This document shows positions 51,322 to 63,721 of a DNA stretch of 64,000 nucleotides, piece after piece. The DNA comes from Octopus vulgaris. Lineage: Eukaryota. The stretch's first letter is position 1; each line of letters opens with the position of its first letter. Below the pieces are notes generated by a model. That model ran no database searches. It was given only the letters and a program-made list of their open reading frames with translations, and was not told where the DNA came from. Both the position numbers and the translations under genes were made by a program. Location of the stretch: positions 43,400,001 to 43,464,000 of the forward strand of contig OX597831.1 of the NCBI GenBank assembly GCA_951406725.2, written 5' to 3'.

Positions 51322-51680
51322 ATCAAAATCGATCAACATCAATGGAAATTGTAGCTGTGATACCAGTGCCGGTGGCATGTAAGAGAACCATCCGAATGTG
51401 ACCGTTGCCAGCGCCGCCCCAACTGGCCTCTGTGCCGGTGGCACATAAAAAGCACCATCCGATCGTGGCCGTTTGCCAGCCTTGTCTGGCACCTGTGCCG
51501 GTGGCACATAAAAAGCACCCACTACACTCAGAGTGGTTGGCATTAGGAAGGGCATCCAGCCGTAGAAACACTGCCAGATCAGACTGGGCCTGGTGCAGCC
51601 TTCTGGCTTCCCAGACACCAGTTGAACCGTCCAACCCATGCTAGCATGGAAAGCTGATGTTAAACGATGATGATGATGAT
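51322..51680 (+). mobile_element. RTE LINE 3'-end fragment
   Basis: Matches 63260-63686. (GAT)n tail. Confidence 0.85.
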
Positions 51681-51957
51681 ATGTATATACATATGTTTAT
51701 ACAAAGGAATTCTTTCAGTTTCCACCAACCGTATCCACTCACAAGGCTTTGGTTGGCCTGAGATTACAATAGAAGACACTCAAGGTACCATGCAGTGAGG
51801 CTGAACCTAAAACCATGTGGTTGTGAAGCAAGCTACTTACCACACAGCCACACCTGCACCTATATAAATTAATGATAGATTCTGGAGTCTGAGAAAGACT
51901 GTTCTGCAATTCAATTTCTTGCTGAACAAACCTGCACCAAATGATGATTTGTTTATA

Positions 51958-52330
51958 GGCGCAGGAGTGGCTGTGTGGTAAGTAGCTTGTTTACCAACCA
52001 CATGGTTCCGGGTTCACTCCCACTGCGTGGCATAGCCTCAGGCCAACCAAAGCCTTGTGAGTGGATTTGGTAGATGGAAACTGAAAGAAGCCCGTCGTAT
52101 ATATGTGTGTGTGCATGTATGTTTGTGTGTCTGTGTTTGTCCCCCTAGCATTGTCTGACAACCGATGCTGGTGTGTTTATGTCCCCGTCACTTAGCAGTT
52201 TGGCAAAAGAGACCGATAGAATAAGTACTGGGCTTACAAAGAATAAGTCCCGGGGTCGAGTTGCTCGAATAAAGGTGGTGCTCCAGCATGGCCGCAGTCA
52301 AATGACTGAAACAAGTAAAAGTTAAAGTAA
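51958..52330 (+). mobile_element. SINE family A
   Basis: Full head and tail with a small internal deletion. Confidence 0.85.
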
Positions 52331-52867
52331 AGTAAGTAAAGTAAGTTAACAAAAATTTGTGCTGCACATTAGCTTACTCCCTCCATCAAACTGACATTAC
52401 CTGTACAGGTGTGCAGTGTACCACTTATCAGATGTTGAAGTGATTGCAAAGCATGGTCTAGGAATTGAACCCACAAATTTTAAATTGTCAGTGCAATACC
52501 ATAACCACTAGGCCATGTGCCTTTACATACATACATACATATATCTATATATAGAGATTCTTTTATTCTTTTACTTGTTTCAGTCATTTGACTGCAGCCA
52601 TGCTGGAGCACTGGCTTTAGTTGAATGAATCAACCCCAGGACTTATATATATGTATATATATATGAAACAAAAATGACATATCTGTTCATAATTTAATTA
52701 CATCATCTTACACGTGTTTCAATAATGATAATGGTCTAATTGCACAATCCAAGTCAGATAAGTTTTCTAGGTCTTCACTTTGTTAGAGCTTCATATCATA
52801 TGTATATACATGCACATAAACATATGTATATATATATATTACACATACATCCATATATACATGTGTA

Positions 52868-52919
<52 letters not shown>

Positions 52920-52940
52920 CATACATACATACATATACGC

Positions 52941-52972
<32 letters not shown>

Positions 52973-54693
52973 TATATATACACATGAGTACACATAGATA
53001 CTCATAAATATGTAAGGAAATTGATGTACAAACATCATAAAATACATCCATGGTATTTAAAACCTCAATAACACTTCATTAAACTCCAATACATTATTAC
53101 ACTGCAGGAAATCCTAGAGGAATAAATTTTCTATGTATATAAATTGATCAATAATGAATGTTAATTATGTAATTGTAGAAAGGATGATTTTCTTCTATTG
53201 AAACAGCTGTAGAGCACAATTAAATAATGAATATGTGAAATTTATGCCTTTCTATTTCTGTAATCTAGATATTATATATGAATGTGTGTATGTACACACA
53301 CAGATATGCATATTCATATAGATAAAAAGCACATAAAACATGGAAGATTATGAGGAAAGGGGATAAACAAAAAAAGAGCAAGTTATTGAAATAAAGGACA
53401 GTGGAAAAGTATAGAAATATGAAAGATCATTCTTTGCACATAAAAAAGGCAGTCAAATGAAAAGAAAGATAAATACTCCAATGAAAGGAATAGACAAGGA
53501 TCTGATAAGACATGTAGCAGAAAAAAAAGTAATAATATCAAACCCATAATGTCTGTTTACATTGCAGACTTTGTATAAAAGAGAAATTGGGAAGTGAGAT
53601 AGTATTAGGACAGGATGTTGAAACAGAATCCAGGTCATAGTGAGAATATGCAGTTAAGAGAAGACAAATAGGGAAAGAAGGAGAGAAAAGTAAGAAACAG
53701 GTAGAGAAAGCAAAGTGGGCCCTCAAAATATTTGTGTGCATAAGGAAGTTGTAATTAAATGTGTGTTGTCATCACTATTGTAGATGTTGAATAGCATGCA
53801 TCAAATAATATACAGTGAGACGAGTAAGTGTGGTTCAATGTGGGAGCAGAAAACATGCTGGGTAAAATGCAGTTATGTGAACATGACAGCATTGTACATT
53901 TCAATCGAGAGGAGCAACCAAGGTGGAAGATGAGGCGTTGTTCTTTGTGAAAACAAGAAGAGGCATCATGGTGAGAAGTAATACCATAGACTGAGAAGTG
54001 AGAAATAGCGTGGACAGGTGATATGAAGTGGCAGCTGACAGGTGATGTGGTGGTGTTTAAGCAGGTATCTCATAGATGTTGAGTGATTCAGTCCGCTAAT
54101 TTATGGTCAATTCCACTCATGTACAAGAGACTATGGAACTGACAATTAAGAGAGTGTGTGAGTGTGTGCATGATTATAAATTATAACAAATTTTCAAATT
54201 ATATGAACACCATCAAAAACAAATTGGTTAAAAAATCTTGTTGAGATTATCTTGGTTGCCCACTGATGATTTAAGGAATACTGAGCCTAAAGCAATGAAG
54301 CATTGGCTCATAAGGTTTTTAAGGAGAAGCTGTATTACATCAACTATGAGCATAGGATAAGGAAGAATAAATCTGGGTACATTTTATATAACTTGCCACT
54401 TAATATGTAAGTGACAACATCTATAGCAAAAAATTTATTTACTGATGAAACATTTTTTGGCAAAAATTAGGTACCATGCAATCTTTAACAAGAATACTGT
54501 CAAATCATTTTATTCCACAACTCCTAACATTTTTCAATCAATTAAGTTAACAAGTTGTATCAGCATGTAACGATCAAACTTACAAGACATACCTACATAA
54601 CAGTCCAAATGGGTATTTCTATATCATTTAGATTCTTTATATTTTAGAGGTGAACTTTGGCAGTGATATACAGGTGTCTATTTCTGTACTAGT

Positions 54694-54903
54694 ATACAAA
54701 TTCTTCACGGTGGGCAGCATTGATGGGTTCAGTGGTGTAGGTATTCTTCTGCTGAGAAATGGGTGGATAAGATGATTGAGGTAGCCAGGGTGTGGTTCAA
54801 TATGGGAGCAGAAAACATGCTGGGTAAAATGCAGTTATGTGAACATGACAGCATTGTACATTTCAATCGAGAGGAGCAAAGAAGGTGGAAGATGAGGCGT
54901 TGT
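54694..54903. repeat. Chimeric local duplication (inverted copy of 59089-59189 joined to a direct copy of 53828-53941)
   Basis: Both parts are near-identical to their sources and are joined at a shared GTGTG. Confidence 0.9.
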
Positions 54904-55254
54904 AGCCTTCACATACATTTGTGTGGAAGAGTACATAAGTATTTGTATTTATGTGCATTTTGGTATGAGCAATTTTGTATTAGTATGTACAAACTGTATG
55001 TATTTGTTTCTATGTGTGGGTGTATGTGTATATCTCTTAATATAACAATGAGTATAGTGTTTTTATCTATTTGTCCAAAATATACAAAAATGTGTGGATG
55101 CACGTATATTAGGGTATTTAATAGTTTTATACACATGACTGTGTAGTTAAAGAGTTCGCTTTGCAACCACATGGTTTTGTATTCAGTTCCAGTGTGCAGC
55201 ACCGTGGGTGTCTTCCACTATAGCCCTGGGCCAACCAATACCTTAAGTGTGATG

Positions 55255-56250
55255 GACAGAGAAAAGGTTAGTGGCAGAAGTAGGTGACTTAAGTATAAAT
55301 ATCCAATGGACTGTTGCATAGAGATATATATTCAATGAAACAATAATACTTAACTAAATTGTGGTAAGTAGCTTGCTTATGAACCACATGGTTCCGGGTT
55401 CAGTCCCACTGCATGGCACTTTGGGCAAGTGTCTTATACTATAGCCTCGGGCCGACCAAAGCCTTGTGAGTGGATTTGGTAGACGGAAACTGAAAGAAGC
55501 CCGTCGTATATATGTATACATATATATATTTGCGTGTGTGTATGTTTATGTGTCTGTTTGTCCCCCCAACATTGCTTGACAACCGATGCTAGTGTGTTTA
55601 CTTCCCCGTAACTTAACGGTTCGGCAAAAGAGACCGATAGAATAAGTACTAGACTTACAAAGAATAAGTCCTGGGGTCGATTTGTTCGACTAAATGTGGT
55701 GCTCCAGCATGGCCACAGTCAAATGACTGAAACAAGTAACAGAGTAAAAGAGTAAAAAGAGTAAAGAGTATAGATTAAAATAAATGGTTAGAGGTTAAGT
55801 AGTATCTATTTGAAGCATTTTAGTTAACAGGTTTAAAGTATACAAGAGTGCTTCTAATGTCATGCGAACATTTTACTCTTAGTTCACAGGATTTATAAAG
55901 GTCATTAACTCAACATTTTAGTATTTCTAATAATTGAGTGCAGCAATGTCTACACCCATATCAATCACTTGAATAGGATAAGACATGTTTGGTTATGCTA
56001 GAGATAATTTAAAATCAACATTTTTATCCTTCAATCCCCAGATTCTTTCAGTGAATGATATAACTTGAGCTTTATCACATCTCTTAAAAGTATGAAAATG
56101 ATTATATAATTTTTGCTTAATGCATATCCAACTGCATTGATGTAGGTAAATGTAGTTAAATTAGTTCAGTTATCACATCTAGAGGTAACATTTCTAGTGA
56201 GGCATAAATTATTAAGAGGGTATAGGAGTTTATTTCTATAATTACACGAG
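55255..56250 (-). mobile_element. Degraded Penelope-like element interrupted by SINE A (55361-55768); paralogue of 62100-62545
   Basis: Reverse complement aligns with 62105-62545 on both sides of the SINE. Confidence 0.7.
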
Positions 56251-57039
56251 AACAGGAGACATCATCATCATTTAACATCCATTTTTGAAGCTGGCATGGG
56301 TTGGATGGTTTGACAGGAGTTGGCAAGCTGAGAGCTATACCAGCCATGTTTGACGTGGCTTCTATGACTGGATGCCCTTCTTAATGCTAAAAATTTTACA
56401 GAGTGTAAGGGGTTCTTTTTATGTGACACCAACACATGAGAGGTTAAACATGTAAGGGGATAGTGATATGCAATTTGCTGTAGAGGAGATACATAGATAT
56501 TCCAGCTGGAGAGGAGAGTGATACATTAAAGAGAGCACACAAGTCAGAGAGTAAGATAGCAAGAATGAGAGGAATAGTGGTGGAGATGTGTTGGGACATG
56601 CCTTCAAGGAACAGTACTGGGGGTGAGAATAAGTGAGGTGATACAGAGGTTTGGACTAGGTGAGTGGGCAGAATAGAGGTGACTGTAGCAAGTGATGGGG
56701 AGATATATAGGAGTGGCTCAGGGGAAGAAGTTGAAGTAGATGTGCAAGTGTATTGAGGGTGATAGCAGATAAGTGGGAAGTTAATGATTTAGAATGGCAC
56801 GGGGAAGAAAAGGCACAGAAAGGAGGTGATTGATGGAGACAGCAAGCAGAGAAAGATGAGAATTGGAAGTGGTTTGGGGTGGGGAAAAGAAGGTAACTGA
56901 GAAAGCAGAGGAATGTAGCATGTGCCAATTCTGTGCACATGTGACAGAGAGGTGATGGGTTTTAGGGGATGAAATCCGGGGGAGGTGGTTGATAGGGCAG
57001 AGACCCTCATAGACTCATAGACATGCATTACCAAGACGG

Positions 57040-59500
57040 TTTTGGGATATCAATTTCGCTGTTGTTGACGGGTCTTCTTGATCACAGCAAAGCACCATAT
57101 ATCTCAGACCTTTGTCATTTCCTTCATAAGGCTCAGCATCTTGAGATCAGTCTTCAATACTTCGTACCATGTCTTCCTGGGTCTCCCTCTTCCACAAGTT
57201 CCAGTTACTTTAAGTGATTGGCATTTCTTTATACAACTGTCCCCATCCATACAAATCACATGACCACAATCTTCTCTCTATCACAATGCATCTGATTCCA
57301 CTTATGCCCAACTTTTCTCTCAATAAACCAGAGCTCAGCCATACATGTACACTGACATTGCACATTCAGTGGAACATACTACTTTCATTCCTCTCTAGTC
57401 TTTGCATGTCCTCTGCATTCAGGGCCCATGTCCCACTACCATGTAGCATTGCTGTTTGTACACATGCATCATATACTCTTCCTTTCACTCGGAGAAAGAG
57501 ACCTTTGGTTGCCAACAGAAGTAAAAGCTCTCTGAATTTTCTTCATCCTATTTTTATTCTAGCAATTATATTTTCAGTACATCCTCCTCCATGGTTAATT
57601 AGGTCACCCAGGCAGCAAAAATTATCCACTATCTTTTGAAAGCCTCCTAAACATTTGAGAAAAGCAATTTCTCATGTATCTGTAGAATTAATGGTTCCTG
57701 TGTATCTTCCACATGCAAACCCTACCTTCTCTGTTAACCTTCTAATTATCCTACTGCACTTTTTATGTGTCCATAGCAAGCAGTGGGTACATCGAATGGA
57801 ATTCCTGCCAACATCTTTCCTACATAAAGAGCAGGGTCATTTATATGAAGTGGGTAGGGTCCTATCTATTTTCTTGCTTACTAGGACCTTGTTCTTTAAC
57901 CCTTTAATTACAGTTTTTGCTTCCACACCTGGAATTTCTTTTCTAGTTCTGTTACAGATTCTGCTATGAGAGCAAGATCATCAGCATATAGTCATTCCCA
58001 TGGGCAGCCAATGTTCAATTCTTCTTATATAACCTGGAAAACGATAATGAATAGGAATGAGCTGAGAACAGAACCCTGTGCATGTATCTGTACACTAAAT
58101 TTGTCACTGTTCACATGGCTAACTTTTATCTTATCCCACTATCAACAGCCCTGTGCATGGCGTGTACTACTTTCACAAGCTGTTTATTTATCCCTAGCTT
58201 CCTAGAGACCACCATAAAACAGAGTGAGGTACTCTGTTGAAGGCTTTCTCAGGTCAACAAATGAGAAGTAGAATGGCTAATTCTTAGTTAAATACTTCTC
58301 TCACTATTGCCTCACTATGAAAATAGCACCAGTAGTGCTTCTAGGCACAAAACTAAACTATTTTTCATGTAATCTAACTTTGTTCTTTATGAATTGGACT
58401 ATAACTTTTTCGATAACTTTTATCAAATGGTCCAATAATTTGATGCCTCTATAATTACTTCTATCTAAGAAAACTCCCTTACCCTTGTCGCAGCTGACTA
58501 TAATGCTGCTACCCCAGTCATAGCAGATTATGCCTTCTTGAATAAACTGATTAACTATATGAGTGGCCAGACTGTATCCTACCAGATATCTTAAGCGTCT
58601 CAGTGGTGTCTACAGATCCTTCTAGCCTCAAGTCTGAAATCGTTAATCACTGACCTTTGATGAATTGTACATTCTGCACCTGGAAAGGATTTGCATTCAC
58701 AGTCCTGGTTTCTGTGAGAATCTACTCAATTTGGCTTGTGTGCCCACCAGGTTAAGTGATCAAATAGCTGGCAGGTTTCTTGAAATTAGTTTTGCAGATC
58801 AAGTCATTTGCATAACAAAACTCCAGCAGTGTTGTTCCCTCATTTCTTGAACCAAAGCTGTAACCTCCATGCATACCATAAAATCCATCAGTGCTTTCCA
58901 ACATGACTATCGAAGTCCCCAGCCACAATGACAATGTCACTGCCTTTCATCATCAAGGTAGCTAGCAGAAGGGATTCATAGAAAATGGTCTCTTCTAAAC
59001 ATCTGCTAGTCTGACATGTGGAGCAAATGCAGAGATAACTGTCACTGTTATGTTAAACAAGACTATTCTTAGCCTCGTAATTCTATCACACACCCTGGCT
59101 ACCTCAATCATCTTATCCACCCATTTCTCAGCAGAAGAATACCTACACCACTGAACCCATCAATGCTGCCCACTGGGAAGAATTTGTATCTATGTTCCTT
59201 GCCCAGAAGCAGTATAGCTGAGACCCCCCGCTTCATCATACTTCTTGCACATGGAACACATCTACATATCTCTGCTCGAGCATTTCAACAATCTCACCAG
59301 ACACATCTTTCATTGTGCCAACATTAATTGTGGCAGCTCTAAGCTTGTGGACCTGGGAAGCCTGGGAGGGTAGTTTAGAGGATGTTTTCAGCATCTGATG
59401 GCAGCAGGTCCTTATGCATAGGCTAAGCAGGTATTAGTTGCAGTATTAATTAAAATTTCCTTCAGTTCCATAAGGCCTTCATGGGTACACAACTGCCAGT
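57040..59500 (-). mobile_element. Degraded RTE-clade LINE (APE endonuclease, RT, C-terminus; internal deletion)
   Basis: Minus-strand relics: LRAATINVGTM, GVGILL, IVAGDFDSHVG, HGGYSFGSRNEGTTLLEFCYANDL..TNFKK, FVDL/EKAF, QGSVLSSFLFII, LYADDLAL, GRGRPRKTW. Confidence 0.88.
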
Positions 59501-60184
59501 AGAGGGTTAAGTAAACAAGGTTGAGGAAGGAGAGGAGTAGAAGAACACAGGGAGTTGACACACCCTATTATATATGTATAAATCATCTTCATCAATTAAT
59601 GTCCATTTTCCATGTTGACATGGACAGTGTAAACATATATACATACACTCACACAACAACACATAAGGTGCAGACATGAAAGTACATATATAATATAGTC
59701 ACACATACACATAAATACATACATGTAGACCCACAGAACACATATACAAATATGTACCCCAGCTTATACAAGCTCTTTCTGGTATGGGTGGTTTTTGAAA
59801 ATTGTCTTTTCCTTGTTGGATTAATTTATGATCTACTGTAATCACTGCAGTGGCCAGTATGATCATCAGTTAGAATATGCTATTTGTGTGTAACTGAATT
59901 GGTTAGTTGTAAAGTTTGTATGGTCAGCAGTGCAATACATTAAAGTAGCTAAACTTCCCCCTCACCATCTCCCTTACTTTAATTCCTTCGTTACCTTTTA
60001 GCCATGTACAACACACACATAGCCACTCTAATTCTGGCTAGTGTTGAACCACTTTTTTGTGTCTACATTCTTTGGAAAGCCTTTTATTTACCCATTTCCA
60101 CAAGGGCGCTTAATCATAAGGAGTCCCTCCTTTTACTTTTACCATATGTCCCAGCTTTCAAAGAGAAGGCATAATATAACCCAC

Positions 60185-60453
60185 TATGTACTTTGAGCTG
60201 TGTCGGTGGCATGTATAAAAAGATTCGAGCGAGGTCATTGCTAGTCCCCGCCTGACTGGCCCCCGTGCCGGTGGCAAGTAAAAAGCACCCATTACACTCT
60301 CGGAGTGGTTGGCGTTAGGAAGGGCATCCAGCTGTAGAAACTCTGCCAAATCAAGACTGGAGCCTGATGCAGCCATCTGGTTCGCCAGCCCTCAGTCAAA
60401 ACCGTCCAACCCATGCTAGCATGGAAAACGGACGTTAAATGATGATGATGATG
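60185..60453 (+). mobile_element. RTE LINE 3'-end fragment
   Basis: GTGCCGGTGGCA..GGAGTGGTTGGCGTTAGGAAGGGCATCCAGC..CCATGCTAGCATGGAAAACGGACGTTAAA(TGA)n. Confidence 0.85.
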
Positions 60454-60696
60454 ATACCCATAAACAAATATGACAATACATTTTTCACGAGCATCAAACC
60501 AATATACCTGCTTGTTGTTCCCTCACCTGTCTTTGTTTCTTGTACATTTGAACTAATATATACACAAACAAAATATCACAGGTGATCTAGATGATTAGGT
60601 ACACTAGGTAAGTGCTGTAATGGATTACTAGGGCTCCAAGGTTATAGACGAGACGGTAATTATGGAGCTGTTGCAGATTTCTGATGCAGCAAATAT

Positions 60697-60925
60697 ATAA
60701 TTGTTAAAGAGGACAACAAACATTAAGGCAAGGCAAACATCTCAAGTCGTATACAATATTATTATTGGGAAAAATTCAAAGTCTTACAGCTGTTTTCCCT
60801 ATTTGTCTCTGATGATGGAATATCCCAGAAACAGCTGTAAGACTTTGAATTTTTTCCAATAATAATATTGTATACGACTTGAGATGTTTGCCTTGTCTTA
60901 ATGTTTGTTGTACTCTAACAATTAT
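60697..60925. mobile_element. ~95-bp-arm foldback element enclosing a hammerhead
   Basis: Arms at 60697-60795 and 60829-60925 with few mismatches. Flanked by AT/GT microsatellite-like sequence. Confidence 0.8.
60805..60843 (+). ncRNA. Minimal type-I hammerhead ribozyme
   Basis: gtct CTGATGA tggaatatccca GAAA cagctg TA agac. 4-bp stem I, stem II tgg/cca, palindromic stem III ACAGCTGT, GUA triplet (cleavage after 60839). Confidence 0.88.
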
Positions 60926-61544
60926 GTGTGTGTATACACACACACACATAATTCTATATTCATATTCATATGCAAGCAGGCATACACATGCAGTCAAATG
61001 TATACATGCTCTCAAGCCTCTTCCACAAAGATGGTGGTCAGGGGTAAAAAGAGTGAATTGAGACTGCGTGATTCATCTTTCAAAAATATCCTTGACAAGA
61101 GTTAAAGACATATTTACTATTACTGCTATATTACTATATGAATATTTCTGACAGATGTCGAAAGATATTTGCTAATTGATAGAGAGATTGACAGATTGAT
61201 AGAGACACCTTCATAATATCCCAGACAGAAATTTATAGTTATACTGGTGGGTAGATGACAGAAAGAATGAGAGGTGATATCATTACTATCCTGAAGAGTG
61301 AGTCAATTCTGATAGAGAGACTGGGGGGCTAAAGGGATTGGGAGAATTTTTTGATGTAGTGATAGTCACATATGTAGGAGTGCTGAAAAATTCCTGGCTT
61401 TAAGGATATTGTGAAAGGCCTGGTTGGAACATCAACCTTCCTTAGAAAAACTGAAGAACCCCTGCAATATGTGTGTGAATCTGAAAGGGGAATATGTTGA
61501 ATAAAATCATAATTAACTGATCCTCCTGTATTTTCTTTTACCCA

Positions 61545-61637
61545 AGGGCAAGTGTCTTCTGCTATAGCCCCGGGCCGACCAATGCCTTGTGAGTGGATTT
61601 GGTAGACGGAAACTGAAAGAAGCCTGTCGTATATATG

Positions 61638-61680
<43 letters not shown>

Positions 61681-61880
61681 TTGTGTGTCTGTGTTTGTCC
61701 CCCTAGCATTGCTTGACAACCGATGCTGGTGTGTTTACGTCCCCGTCACTTAGCAGTTCGGCAAAAGAGACCGATAGAATAAGTACTGGGCTTACAAAGA
61801 ATAAATCCCGGGGTCGATTTGATCGACTAAAGGCGGTGCTCCAGCATGGCTGCAGTCAAATGACTGAAAAGAGTAAAAGA
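61545..61880 (+). mobile_element. SINE family A, 5'-truncated, very similar to the 9707 copy
   Basis: Shares variants such as GCTATAGCCCCGGGCCGACCAATGCC and GTCACTTAG with 9707-10130. Confidence 0.85.
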
Positions 61881-62145
61881 GTATCCCCTTTTATATTAGA
61901 GGCAGCATACAATGTCAGACAGGCTCAAAAAATAAAATATATTAATTTGCTTAGCTTAGTTTAATTCAAGGTAGACAGATCGGTGTGACAAGTTCAACTG
62001 CTTCAAGGTTAGATATTAACATTACAGGTGTTAGTAGTAGGAATAATAATCTGTTGCTCATAATACCTGTAAGAAGAGTAATAATTAACTAATTAGACCT
62101 ATTAGATTCACCAGTGTTATCAAGAATTAAACAAGGGTCAGTGGG

Positions 62146-62340
62146 GATAAAAATGTTGAATTCCAAATAATCTGGAGCATAACCAAACATGTCCTAGCCT
62201 ACTCAAATGATAGGTATAGCTATAGACTTTGCTGCTCTGAATTATCAGAAATAATAAAATGGTCAATTAATGTTTTAAATAAATCCTCTGAACTTAGAGT
62301 AAAATGTGCACATGACATTAAAGATTCGTTTATAATTTAA
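62146..62340 (+). pseudogene. Penelope GIY-YIG C-terminal fragment
   Basis: Open frame DKNVEFQIIWSITKHVLAYSNDRYSYRLCCSELSEIIKWSINVLNKSSELRVKCAHDIKDSFII*, matching the I.W.I....Y...LC..E...I....LNK.SEL..KC.H C-terminal pattern. Absent from the ORF track (no ATG). Confidence 0.72.
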
Positions 62341-62804
62341 ACCTGTTAACTAAAATGCTTCAAATAGATACTACTTAACCTCTAACCGCTAAGCGTTTAT
62401 TTTAGTCTATACTGTGTAATTTAGTTAATTATTACAGTCTTACTGAATATTATGTAACGCTGGGGGGTAATTTATGCTTTAAAGTTTTATTGGATATCTA
62501 TACCTACTTGTTAAGTCACCTATTTCTGCCAACAACTTTTTCTTTGATATTATGTAACACAATATCATTTATTATTCTCAGTTGTGTACTCTTAATGCAA
62601 CATTTTGCAATTTGTGTTCAAACCAATTGTAAAATATTTGATAATCCAGTCTATGACCTCCCTATTTCTATAATCCTTTAATATATACAATGTGTGTCTA
62701 CATACATACATACATGTACATTCGTTTGTGTGCATGTATATGTGTTTGTGGGCTTTTGTGTGTATGTGTATATTTCATAGGGATGTGTGTGTGTGTGTGT
62801 ATAT

Positions 62805-63684
62805 ATGCTCCGATGGATGTGTAATGTCAGTGTTCATACCCGACAGAGTGTAAGTGCCTTGAGAGAAAAGTTGGACCTAAGAAGCATCAGTTGTGGTGTG
62901 CAAGAGAGACGTCTACACTGGTATGGACACGTGGTAAGAATGGATGAAGATAGTTGTGTGAAAAAGTGCCACACCCTAGCGGTTGAGGGAACCTGTGGAA
63001 GAGGTAGACCCAGGAAAACCTGGGACGAGGTGGTGAAACACGACCTTCGCTCTTTAGGTCTCACCGAGAAAATGACCAGAGACCGAGACCTTTGGAAGTA
63101 TGCTGTGCGTGTGAAGATCCGGCAGGACAAGTGAGGCCATAACCCGTGGCCCCTACCTGGGACGTGGTCAGTCCACCTGTGCATACCTTCCTTTTTGGGA
63201 CACATAACTCTACTTGTGAAGACCTGTTGAGGCAAGTGAAAATCAAAATCAAAGAATCAAATCAAATCAAAATCGATCCACATCAATGGAATTTGTAGTT
63301 TGTGGTACCAGTGCCAGTGGCACACTAGAGAATCATCCAAACGTGGCCATAGCCAGCACCGCATCGACTGGCCTCTGTGCTGGTGGCACGTAACAAACAC
63401 CATCCGATCATGGCTGTGCCAGCCCTGTCTGGCCTCCGTGCCGGTGGCACGTAAAAAACACCATCCGAGCATGGCCGTTCGCCAGCCTCGTCTGGCACCT
63501 GTGTCGGTGGCACATAAAAAGCACCCACTACACTCACGGAGTGGTTGGCGTTAGGAAGGGCATCCAGCTGTAGAAACACCACCAGATCTGACTGGCCTGG
63601 TACAGCCTTCGGGCTTCCCAGACCCCAGTTAAACTGTCCAACCCATGCTAGCATGGAAAGCGGACGTTAAACGATGATGATGAT

Positions 63685-63686
<2 letters not shown>
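62805..63686 (+). mobile_element. 5'-truncated RTE-clade LINE (ORF C-terminus to 63134, 3'UTR, tandem repeats, (GAT)n tail)
   Basis: MLRWMCNVS..LREKL..RRLHWYGHVVRM..V.GTCGRGRPRKTWDEVVKHDL..L...MTRDRDLW, an uninterrupted RTE C-terminal motif set. Confidence 0.92.

Positions 63687-63721
<35 letters not shown>

Noticed and set aside
52740-53051. ORFs rich in YI/VC/HT dipeptides (also 1840, 42461, 46843 and others)
   Set aside because: These are translations of (TA)n/(TG)n microsatellites and SINEs.
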